From assembly GCA_035534415.1 (NCBI GenBank), contig DATLSB010000164.1, positions 445 to 64,444 on the forward strand: 64,000 nucleotides of DNA, written 5' to 3'. Below are positions 1-8,600 of this stretch, piece by piece; position 1 is the stretch's first letter; each line of letters opens with the position of its first letter. The DNA is from Candidatus Dormiibacterota bacterium. GTDB taxonomy: Bacteria > Acidobacteriota > Terriglobia > Acidiferrales > UBA7541. The position numbers were made by a program, and so were the translations under genes. The notes under the pieces are model-generated. The model was not told the origin of the DNA, searched no databases, and saw only the letters and a program-made list of their open reading frames with translations.

Positions 1-648
1 GGGTTCGGTTTCGGATCGTCCCTCAGTGAGTTTCTTAAGTTCCGCTACTGTCGAGTTCCACAGCGGACAGAACCGGACCTTGTCACCCTTACCACGCAAG
101 CGAGCGGATGGGTGCCTCCGTAGATTCAGATCACCCACCGCTAACTGCGCAGCTTCGTTGGCGCGCGCTCCAGAGTTGTATAGGAACAGCAACAACGTGT
201 AGTCCCGGCGGCCTAGAGGTTTCGTGCGATCAGGCTCGTTCAGCAGGGCGTCGATCTCATTTTTCTCCAGATACGGAACAGGAAGCCTAGTCGTCCGTTT
301 GAAAGGCACACCGTGGATTTCAGCACACCAAGCTAAGCTTTCGGGGCTGTGCTGCCCGATGTATCGCGCCAGCGCGTGGACCGCCGCGAGTCTCTGATTG
401 CGAGTCGCGGTGCTGCACCTCCGATGTTCCTGGATATATTTCAGGAACTCCCGCAGATGGCTGGCAGAAAGATCTGCAACCAGAAGCTCGTCCGCACGCT
501 TCCCCATCATTGCGGCAAGGAAGAGAACGAGCAGCCGCACCGTATCGCGATAGCTCTTCTGTGTATTCCGTGAAAAGTTTTTCTCCGCTGTGATGTATTC
601 CAGCAGGAACCGTTTGATCCATGTCCCGAGAGTCGCCTTATCGATCAT
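1..648 (-). CDS. tyrosine recombinase, third gene of a recombinase trio (RitC-like); partial, 3' end runs off the left window edge
   Basis: Not in the supplied ORF track because it is open at the edge. My minus-strand translation from ATG 648-646 gives MIDKATLGTWIKRFLLEYITAEKNFSRNTQKSYRDTVRLLVLFL...RDYTLLLFLYNSGARANEAAQLAVGDLNL...GKGDKVRFCPLW. This is a SAM-like core-binding domain followed by the first Arg box of the phage-integrase fold. It is open for all 216 codons. The start overlaps the upstream recombinase stop (638-640) by 11 nt. Confidence 0.85.
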   Translation of the reverse strand, partial: MIDKATLGTWIKRFLLEYITAEKNFSRNTQKSYRDTVRLLVLFLAAMMGKRADELLVADLSASHLREFLKYIQEHRRCSTATRNQRLAAVHALARYIGQHSPESLAWCAEIHGVPFKRTTRLPVPYLEKNEIDALLNEPDRTKPLGRRDYTLLLFLYNSGARANEAAQLAVGDLNLRRHPSARLRGKGDKVRFCPLWNSTVAELKKLTEGRSETEP

Positions 649-1591
649 GACGGCCTCCTCGAAGGACGTAAGCCTCAAAGCGATGACAGGCCTGTTCCAA
701 GAGCTCCGGTGTCATGGTCAGATACAGCTGCGTCGAAGAGAGATTGATGTGTCCCAGGTAGGTTGACAGAGCAGGAAGCAAACGCTGCACGTCCGCTCCT
801 TGGCGGTACCAGCTGATGAGCCGATGAACCGCGAAGGTATGGCGGAGGTCGTGGATGCGGGGACGGCACTTCATGCCATCGCGAGGTTTGCTAGCTGTGT
901 AGATTCCAGCGTGTCTGAGTGCTCTGCGAAGGCTGACTTGGACGGCGAGTGATTTTACTGCTTCCTCTTTCTTCGTGAGAAAGACATGCGTGTGAGGCTG
1001 TTTTCGTCGCGCAGATGAGAGAAGATATCGACGCAGCAACTCGCGTACGTCCGCTCCGATGGGCACGAGCCGTGATTTATAAAACTTCGTTTCGTGGAGC
1101 GTAATAACGCCCCTCTTCAGGTCAACCTGCTTACATTCGAGTCCCAGAGCTTCGCCCAGCCGCATTCCTGTTCCATAGAGGAAAAGCAGCATGGAACGGA
1201 AAGTCTGAGCGTCAAAAGAACACCAGGGAGCTTTCTGGCTGAGCTCTGTGGCTTCAAGGAGGCTTTTCAACTCCTGGCGTGTGTAAATATGAGGTACGAA
1301 CGTCTGGCGGCACTTAGGCATTTTCGGTGGCAAAGGTACGGATTTAAGAAGACCTCGCGCCACCCAGTATTCGAAGAACTGCTCGATGAACCGATGCTTC
1401 CTCCAGCGTGTGTAAGTGCCCGCGTATCGGCCCTCGATGGAGGGAACGACATCGGTTTGAGTGATCTTCGTTAAATCGATATCACCGACACGGCGACTCA
1501 AAGAAGAAAGGAGCCATTCGGCGGTACGGTGCTTTGTGCCGGAACTCTGCTTTCGTTCGAGGTACGTCTCTACAGCCTCGGCCAGCTTCAT
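638..1591 (-). CDS. tyrosine recombinase/integrase (RitB-like, middle gene of trio)
   Basis: 317 aa. Catalytic C-terminus IHDLRHTFAVHRL...LSTYLGHINLSSTQLYL (HxxR, H, Y boxes) and GMRLGEALGL Arg box. ATGA overlap with the upstream gene at 1588-1591. Confidence 0.9.
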   Translation of the reverse strand: MKLAEAVETYLERKQSSGTKHRTAEWLLSSLSRRVGDIDLTKITQTDVVPSIEGRYAGTYTRWRKHRFIEQFFEYWVARGLLKSVPLPPKMPKCRQTFVPHIYTRQELKSLLEATELSQKAPWCSFDAQTFRSMLLFLYGTGMRLGEALGLECKQVDLKRGVITLHETKFYKSRLVPIGADVRELLRRYLLSSARRKQPHTHVFLTKKEEAVKSLAVQVSLRRALRHAGIYTASKPRDGMKCRPRIHDLRHTFAVHRLISWYRQGADVQRLLPALSTYLGHINLSSTQLYLTMTPELLEQACHRFEAYVLRGGRHDR

Positions 1592-2946
1592 TGCAGACCC
1601 CCGAAGTGGAAGTCGGCAACTTTTCGCAGCATTGTGAGATCAGTTTTCGCGTAAATTCCCGGAGAATTAGGGCTGCGGTGCCCAAGAAAATCTCCGATTT
1701 CCTTGTAAGAAGAACCCTTCCTTAACAGGTGTGTTGCGCAGGCATGGCGCAGAGCATGTGGCCCATAGTGCCGACACACGACTCCGATTGTTTCCAATCG
1801 ATGCTTGGTTATATCCCACACCATCTGCTTCGTCAGTGGCCGATAGGGAATCTGCATCGATACGAAAACGTGCCGGCAAGTGCATCGAGGCCGGGCTTTC
1901 GTCAGATAGCTTAGGATGGCGTTGCCAACCTCACGTTTCAGTGGGTACTGCCGATCACCGCCCCGTTTGGAATGGTGCACCGTAAAAATCTCCCGCCGCC
2001 AATCGAGGTCAGTTAAAAGGAGACGGCATAGCTCACCGCTCCGGAGACCATAGACGGCAAGCAGCGACAGGATCGCGCGGGCACGAATGTCCGCCGCCCG
2101 CTCGTTCGGGGTGTGCCGAAGCAACCGCAGGATTTCATCCCAACTTGGCCCTTCCGGGATATCGGCATTCCTGTACAGCCGAGGCGCCAATATCCCTTTC
2201 GCAATGCCCACTCCACACCAACCGCGTCGTTCGGCGTGAGCAAAGAAGGCCCTTAAACTTCGAGCGAGAGTTGCTTCGGAGATACGGTTCCAACCGCCAC
2301 GTCCCTTGAGGGCAAGAAAATTGTCAGCATCTTCCAAACGAACTCGCGAGAAAAGGCGATGATGCTCAGCAAACCATCGCAAAAATAATCCAGTCTGTGC
2401 ACAGTAAGTCTTAACTGTTTCGGAAGAGAAGCCACGCTCATCAGACATCCACTTTGCAAAGTCCGCCAGCAGTTCGCCGAATGGCATGGCGGGACGTAAC
2501 GGAACTTTCAATCTGCCCAGAAAGCGCAGCCAATTTGTGGCGACACGTCTGAAGCCAAAACTCGCCTGTTTTGCTTCTTGTAGTTGTAGATCCGGTCGAC
2601 GTCTCCTAGCATGTCGCTTTCCGGCTTCGAACACTTCGCTCGGTTGGACATCTCGGGGTTCCTTTAAGTCAAGTTCTTGAACTACGTGCAGAAGCATTGC
2701 GGCGGTGTCCCTCACAGCCTTCAGCTTTGATCCTTGTTCGTCCAGATGTGCCAGATATTTCTCTCGCTCTTTGAGCTGAGGGCCTTCTCGGTGTCGCAGC
2801 AAATCAGCTTCTTGTGGATATAGCTTTTCGAGCATGCAAAGGGCCTCCTTGCCCTCCCCGCATCGTAGGTCAAGGAATCGCTCAGTTATGTTGTCTTCGA
2901 AATTATCGGAGGTGCTGGTTAGCAGGGGGCTTTCGTCGAGGGTCAC
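1588..2946 (-). CDS. tyrosine recombinase/integrase (RitA-like, first and longest gene of trio)
   Basis: 452 aa. YGLRSGELCRL Arg box, HALRHACATHLL and LGHRSPNSPGIYAKTD catalytic boxes. GTG start as listed; a downstream in-frame Met is also possible. Confidence 0.9.
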   Translation of the reverse strand: MTLDESPLLTSTSDNFEDNITERFLDLRCGEGKEALCMLEKLYPQEADLLRHREGPQLKEREKYLAHLDEQGSKLKAVRDTAAMLLHVVQELDLKEPRDVQPSEVFEAGKRHARRRRPDLQLQEAKQASFGFRRVATNWLRFLGRLKVPLRPAMPFGELLADFAKWMSDERGFSSETVKTYCAQTGLFLRWFAEHHRLFSRVRLEDADNFLALKGRGGWNRISEATLARSLRAFFAHAERRGWCGVGIAKGILAPRLYRNADIPEGPSWDEILRLLRHTPNERAADIRARAILSLLAVYGLRSGELCRLLLTDLDWRREIFTVHHSKRGGDRQYPLKREVGNAILSYLTKARPRCTCRHVFVSMQIPYRPLTKQMVWDITKHRLETIGVVCRHYGPHALRHACATHLLRKGSSYKEIGDFLGHRSPNSPGIYAKTDLTMLRKVADFHFGGLQ

Positions 2947-2967
2947 ATAAATACCGAGACCACATAA

Positions 2968-2999
2968 TCGAATTTATGTTGGGCACAACATAAATTCGA
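2968..2999. repeat. perfect 14-bp inverted repeat with 4-nt spacer: TCGAATTTATGTTG-GGCA-CAACATAAATTCGA
   Basis: Read directly from the sequence. AT-rich. Sits 21 nt from the first recombinase start and contains the premature stop of the methyltransferase frame. Confidence 0.9.
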
Positions 3000-3441
3000 G
3001 CACGTCGGGAATGCGCTCGGCTGGCTGTGGAGGATTGCCCTTTGCAAGCAAGTATGCATTCTCGTGATGGTACTGGAGAAATCGCTCGGCTGACGAATAT
3101 CGCTTGGTGAACGTCAGGTGCCCAGCGAGCCGGAAACCCGCCTCGCGCCACGCGGCGATGAACTTGTCCGCGTGGCGCCATCCATAGAAGCTCACGCAGA
3201 AGGAGTCACGGCGTAACACGCGGAAGATTTCCGCGAACGCAGGCTTAAGCCATGCGCCATCGCCATCATTGGCTACCGTGCGCCCGTCGCGCGAGCGGTA
3301 ATGCGCCAGATACGGAGGATCGGTCAGCACGAAATCGACGCTCGAACTGCGGAAGCGCCGCATGATTTCGATGCAATCGCCTTGCGAAACGGTGTTCGGC
3401 TGTGGCCCGCTGGTGATTGGTTTGCTCTGCTGTAAGTTCAT
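2974..3441 (-). pseudogene. beta-class N6-adenine/N4-cytosine DNA methyltransferase, 3'-truncated (lacks SAM-binding motif I)
   Basis: MNLQQSK...GDCIEIMRRFRSSSVDFVLTDPPYLAHYRSRDGR...FYGWRHADKFIAAWREAGFRLAGHLTFTKRY...YLLAKGNPPQPAERIPDVLEF, then MLCPT-stop. The DPPY motif IV is present. The expected downstream HPTxKP and FxGSG motifs are absent. RBS AAGGGGAG lies 7 nt before ATG 3441. The 123-codon upstream extension in the ORF track is Arg/Ser/Pro-rich junk. Confidence 0.7.
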
Positions 3442-3457
3442 TTGAGTTCTCCCCTTC

Positions 3458-3518
3458 GTGTCGGAATTTGGTTCCTTCACTGGAACGCAGAGGAACAAAT
3501 CCGACACGGAGAGAACTA
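3458..3518 (-). promoter_or_regulatory. imperfect ~18-bp inverted repeat immediately upstream of the methyltransferase RBS
   Basis: GTGTCGGAATTTGGTTCCT...(14-nt loop)...AGGAACAAATCCGACAC. The arms pair with two small bulges. Confidence 0.35.
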
Positions 3519-3822
3519 GCTGCGGAGGCGTTGCTGGTCCGGGACGCAGCGGATGGCAACGCGAGTGACGGGAGCGGTGTTCGCGACTGGCGCGAGAGTC
3601 TGCAAGCGGAGTCCCGGCGCGAAGCGTGGCGCGCGAGCGCCAGAGAACCAGCAATGCGAAGCAGCACTCTGGCAGAGCAGGCAAGTCACTCCGGGACAGC
3701 AACAGTATGCGAGAAGGGCTGGAGACCTTCAAAGAGTGTGAAACGTCACGACGCGTTGGGGCACAGGTGCTTTTGAAATGAGCGGTGTGAGGGCGGAGGA
3801 GAGCACTCAATAAGAAGAGTCG

Positions 3823-4068
3823 CTAGTCCACGAAAAAGGAGAGTTCCTTTTTGTAGACTTTGGCCAGCTGCTGAAGCTCGACGAAATCGACCCGGCGTTC
3901 GCCGAGTTCGCATTTGGAGAGGAAGGAATGGGCCTTGCCCAACCGCCTGGCAACTTCCACCTGCGTCAGCCCGGCGTCGCGGCGCGCCTGCACCAAACGA
4001 ACGAGAAACCGCTTGTAGGCTCGGTGGTAGTCCCTATCGTTGGCATTCACACCCGCATGTATATTCAA
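3823..4068 (-). CDS. XRE-family helix-turn-helix transcriptional regulator
   Basis: 81 aa. LTQVEVARRLGKAHSFLSKCELGERRVDFVELQQLAKVY is a classic HTH_3/XRE motif. TTG start as listed. Confidence 0.85.
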   Translation of the reverse strand: MNIHAGVNANDRDYHRAYKRFLVRLVQARRDAGLTQVEVARRLGKAHSFLSKCELGERRVDFVELQQLAKVYKKELSFFVD

Positions 4069-4664
4069 TCCTTGACGTATTCCCCAAATTAGGGAATGCT
4101 GCGTTTTGCTCCCGTTCCGAGCGGGACGAGCCCCATGAGATCCGAATCGCTACAAAGCGGCTCCGATAGGACTAACGACGAGGGGCTCTTTCGCGTTCGC
4201 TGCGATGCAGAAACCGACGGCGGGTTTAGCCTCCATGCGCGCTCGCTGTGCGTTACGGTAGGACAGCGGGTGTTGAGGCAAGGTCTCGCACAAATATGGG
4301 ATTCCGTCAGTATCCATGCGGATGAAGACGCGGACGGTAATTTGATCATTGAGGTTTTTGTGTTTAGGCCCGAGTGGGACGAGCCGCTGCGGATAGCGCG
4401 CATTTGTTCCCGTCCTGGCGACACCAAATGTCCGACACTGCTCGGCTGCAACCTGGATCACGTGGCACCGTAACGTGGCGGAGCCTCAGATCGAATAATA
4501 AGCGATATGGGCGGGCCGAAGCCGAATGAAAGTTTGCGTGGGTTTTGCGCAGAGAATGTGGAATGTTCACGTCGTCGTGCTGGAGATTTCGCGCCCGCTG
4601 AGCGCCGCCGGATTCCGAAAAACTCATCCCAAGGCTTCTGTAAATGGAAGGTAATTGTAATCTT

Positions 4665-4682
4665 TGCTTACTATAGTAAGCA
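4665..4682. repeat. perfect 18-bp palindrome TGCTTACTATAGTAAGCA in an AT-rich intergenic region
   Basis: Read directly. Lies about 40 nt upstream of a sigma70-like promoter for the RHS operon. Confidence 0.8.
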
Positions 4683-4720
4683 GCATCTACACTCGCAGTA
4701 ATAAAAGTTGGAGAGTTCTA

Positions 4721-4749
4721 TTGACAAGCAAATTGGGCGGGAGTATTTT
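4721..4749 (+). promoter_or_regulatory. sigma70-like promoter: TTGACA, 17-nt spacer, TATTTT
   Basis: -35 TTGACA at 4721-4726 and -10 TATTTT at 4744-4749. RBS AGGAGG at 4770-4775 and ATG at 4781. Confidence 0.45.
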
Positions 4750-4780
4750 TCCGCCAGTTTTCGTGTTTTAGGAGGCGTTT

Positions 4781-5656
4781 ATGCGCGTCCCACGGCCCTT
4801 CCTATTGTTATTCGCTGCCTTCCTTGTAGCCGTTCCCGCTTCCGCCCAAACCACTTCAACCGCGCCCGCGACGAGCGATCCGCAAGCCGTAGCTCTGGTG
4901 CAGAAGTCGCTTGCCGCCCTTACAGGTGGTCTCGCCGTTACGGATGTGACGCTCACCGGCTCGTCGCGTCGCGTCGCTGGCTCCGACGATGAAACCGGCA
5001 CGGCTACCCTCGAAGCCACATCCGCCGGAGACAGCCGCGTCGAACTCAGCTTCGGCTCGGGCAACCGCGTCGAGATTCGTAACCACGCCGGTGCGCCCTT
5101 GCCGAACGCACTTCCTCCAGCCGTGCCGCTTCCGTCGGCAGCGATGCAGCCACAACCAGTCGGAGCGTGGTCCGGGCCAGATGGTGTGCTGCACGGCATG
5201 GCTCAGCAAAACACGTTGACGGAAGCCGCTTGGTTCTTCCCGGCGCAAGCCGTTGGGGACATTGCGAAAGCCCCGCTTTGGGTGCTGACCTACGTCGGCC
5301 CCGAGACCCACGACGGCGTATCGGTGGTTCACATTCAAGCCGCACAGGAAATTCCGGCCATCGCCAATGCCCCTCAACAGGTGGTCGATTCGATTCTGCG
5401 CCTCACCCGGACAGACCTCTATTTCGACCCCAACTCTCTGCTCCCGGTCGCGCTCGCTTTCAATACGCACCCTCACAACAATGCCTTCGTCGATATTCCC
5501 GTTGAGGTTCGGTTCTCCAACTATCAATCGGTGAACGGCGTGGCCGTTCCCACAGACGTTCAGAAGTATGTGAATCGCGGCCTGGTTCTCGATCTTCAAT
5601 TCTCCAAAGTAACCCTCAACTCCGGCCTGACCGCTTCGGCCTTCGCGCTCCAGTGA
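4781..5656 (+). CDS. secreted hypothetical protein, first gene of the RHS operon
   Basis: 291 aa. Signal peptide MRVPRPFLLLFAAFLVAVPASAQ. Strong RBS. Its stop is 18 nt before the RHS ATG. Confidence 0.75.
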   Translation: MRVPRPFLLLFAAFLVAVPASAQTTSTAPATSDPQAVALVQKSLAALTGGLAVTDVTLTGSSRRVAGSDDETGTATLEATSAGDSRVELSFGSGNRVEIRNHAGAPLPNALPPAVPLPSAAMQPQPVGAWSGPDGVLHGMAQQNTLTEAAWFFPAQAVGDIAKAPLWVLTYVGPETHDGVSVVHIQAAQEIPAIANAPQQVVDSILRLTRTDLYFDPNSLLPVALAFNTHPHNNAFVDIPVEVRFSNYQSVNGVAVPTDVQKYVNRGLVLDLQFSKVTLNSGLTASAFALQ

Positions 5657-5673
5657 TGCGAGGAGACTCGGCG

Positions 5674-8600
5674 ATGAAAAACATTCTTCGTTCCATGCTG
5701 CTGATCGGCGTTCTCTCATTTTTCGCGGGCGTCACCTCCGCGCAGGTCACGACCGGCACGCCAAAGTTCGCTTCAATCGGCGGCGGCCCTGACCAAATCA
5801 ATTTGGCAAACCTGAACGTGCACCTTACGATTCCCGTCCTGCACAAGCCAGGGCGGGGGCTTCCCTTCGATTACGACATCACCTACGACAGCTCGATTTG
5901 GCAGCCCGTAGGTTCGAGCGGCAGCCAAACCTGGGAGCCAACCAACGTTGGAGGCTTCGGTTTTTCCTTCTCGGCGACGGGCAAGGCGCAGGTGAGCTAC
6001 GCGGTGCTCCTGTCCTATTGCTATACCCAGTTACCGCCTCCATGGGGCGAGACATTAACCGGATACGTTTATGGCTTGTACTACGCCTATATCGATGCGT
6101 TCGGGACTCCTCACGGCTTTCCAGGACAGGTAGACGATTACGTAGGAACCTGCGGAGACGGCTCCCCCGATTACTCCGGATCGCCCGGCACGGCGACCGA
6201 TGGTTCTGGCTACACTGCGTCTGTGGGTAGTTCGACAGGCAACCTTACGGTTACCGCAAGAAACGGGCAACTTGTCTATTGGACGGCGGATTCCAATAAT
6301 AATCTCACTGTACCCTACGAGACCGACACGAACGGAAACCAAATCACGACCAACAGCAGCAACCAATTTTTCGACACGCTGAATTCGAGCACGCCGGTGC
6401 TTACCGTCTCGGGCGCAGCGCCGAGTCCCACTACGTTCACGTACACGGCTCCGTCCGGCGGAGGCAACGTCTCCTACACGATGAAATACAGCAGCTACAC
6501 CGTGAAGACCAATTTCGGTTGCAGCGGGATCGCCGAGTACGGGCCCACGTCGCAGAATCTCGTGAGCGAAATCGACCTGCCCGATGGGTCGAAGTACACG
6601 TTGACTTACGAGCCGACGCCCGGCTATTCGGGCGACTACACGGGGCGACTTGCGTCCGTCACGCTGCCCACAGGCGGCACGATCTCTTATTCCTACTCAG
6701 GCGGAAACAACGGAATCGTCTGCGCCGACGGCAGCACGGCTACGCTGACGCGCACCACGCCGGACGGCGCGTGGACGTACGCGCATTCGGAGAACGGCGC
6801 CGCTTGGACCACCAACCAGACCGATCCGCAGGGAAATCTCACGGTCATGAATTTTCAAGGAATCTATCCGACTGAAGCTCAAGTCAACCAGGGACAGAGC
6901 ACGACGCTTCAAACCACTTACACTTGCTATAACGGTGCGGCAGCCCCATGCAATTCCACGTCGATAACACTTCCCATTACCCAGGTAACCTCGCTGCCGC
7001 AATGGGCCAATGGGCAGGAATCCAAAACAAACGCAACGTACAACTCCTACGGCCTGGTCACGGAGGAAGACGATTACGACTATGGAAGCGGCGGACCGGG
7101 GCCGCTCCTCCGCAAGACCACGACGAGTTACGCCAGCCTTGGTAACGGGATTGTTGACCGGCCCTCGCAGGTGGTCGTCTACAACGGCTCGGGAACCGCT
7201 GTTGCACAAACGGATTATAATTACGATCAAACCAACCCGGTATCCTCCGGGATCACGACCCAGCACGTTTCCGTCTCCGGATCACGGGGCAATCTGACGG
7301 AGGTGAGCCAGTATCTAAACACCACGAACAGCTGGGTCTACAGCTCAAACACGTACTTCGACACCGGGATGGTGAACGTCGCCTATGACGGGAAGAACAA
7401 CCCGACCACTTACGCGTACTCTTCCACCTACGCGGGTGCGTATCCCACGACAATCACAAACGCGTTGAATCAGTCCACGACCTACGCCTACGATGCAAAC
7501 TCGGGTCAGGTTACCTCCGTCACCGACCCGAACAATCAGGCGACGAGCTACACCTACGACAGCATGATGCGGCCCGCGGGCGTCAGCTATCCCGACGGAG
7601 GACAGACAACTTACTCTTATTCGCCGCAATATACGGGATGGAACGTCGCGACCACGCGAAAAGTTGATGTCGCCGGGGGCAGCCAAACGTCATACGCTTG
7701 GTTCGACGGCCTCGGCCGCAATGGTCGCGAAGCTTTCCCCAGCGGTGAAGAACCCCCCTGGAATGAAGTCGGAGACACCTGCTACAACAATGACGGTCTG
7801 GTAAGCTTCACGGCTTATTCATACCAGGATGGAGGCTGGTCCGGTCCGCCTCCCTGCAATCAAGCCGGAGACTCTTTCGCCTACGATGCGCTCGGCCGGG
7901 CCACAAAAGTTGCTCATTCGGACGATTCGACGATTACAACTTCGTATTCCGGTCCGTGCGCGACGGTGACGGATGAACAAGGTAACACGAAGGAAATGTG
8001 CAGCGATGGGCTTGGACGGCTCACCGAGGTGATCGAGAATCCAGGGGGACTGAATTACACGACGAACTACAGCTACGACGCGCTCGGGAACCTCACCAGC
8101 ATCGTGCAAAATGGCTCTCACCAGCGCACGTTCGTATACGATTCGCTGTCGCGTCTCACCAGCTCCACGAATCCAGAATCCGGCACCACGACTTACGCTT
8201 ACGACGCAAACGGCAACGTCACCAGCCGAACCGGTGCTCGCGGCATCACTACGACGTATTCTTACGACGCTCTGAACCGGCTGACTGAGAAAACGTACTC
8301 GGACGGCACCACTCCCGCTCACTATTATTACGACGCCATGCCGTCGTGGTGGGGCGGCATTCCAACATCCAATGCCGTCGGCCGGCTCACCGCCGAAGGA
8401 ACATCCGCCGATCTCTCGACCTGGCCCTCGGCCCAGTGGTTCAGCTACGACGCGATGGGCCGCGTTGTCGGCGAGCCCCAATGGGACCTTTCGGACGGCA
8501 GCATTTATTGGATAAGTGCTGGCCGCGACCTACTCGGCAACGTCACGTCGTTTTCGAACGGCCTCAGCACTACGTTCACTTATCAGCGTAATGCTGCCGG

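Larger units (their letters stand above)
1..2999 (-). mobile_element. RIT (recombinase-in-trio) element, right-hand part; left end is outside the window
   Basis: Three same-strand, overlapping tyrosine recombinase genes. A perfect palindrome lies at the junction with a truncated host gene. Confidence 0.65.

Noticed and set aside
320-622. ORFs 320-622 (-) and 349-573 (+) offered by the track in the first 650 nt
   Set aside because: Their sequences are low-complexity and non-protein-like. A different minus-strand frame, open from 648 to the window edge, encodes a clear tyrosine recombinase and explains the region.
3442-3810. 123-codon N-terminal extension of the methyltransferase ORF (2974-3810)
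   Set aside because: The extension is Arg/Ser/Pro/Leu-rich with no similarity to methyltransferases. A strong RBS precedes the internal ATG at 3441, where the family-typical sequence begins.
4089-4627. Three mutually overlapping ORFs (4096-4473 +, 4150-4461 -, 4089-4451 -, plus 4364-4627 -); possible HigB-like toxin partner of the XRE gene
   Set aside because: No toxin or other motif recognised. Third-position GC does not discriminate between frames (about 62-64% for both candidates I counted). I cannot support any one of them as a CDS, and it may be a decayed gene.
4856-5719. 287-aa minus-strand ORF antisense to the secreted-protein gene
   Set aside because: Typical high-GC shadow ORF. It is Arg/Gly-rich, and the opposite strand has an RBS, a signal peptide and operon context.
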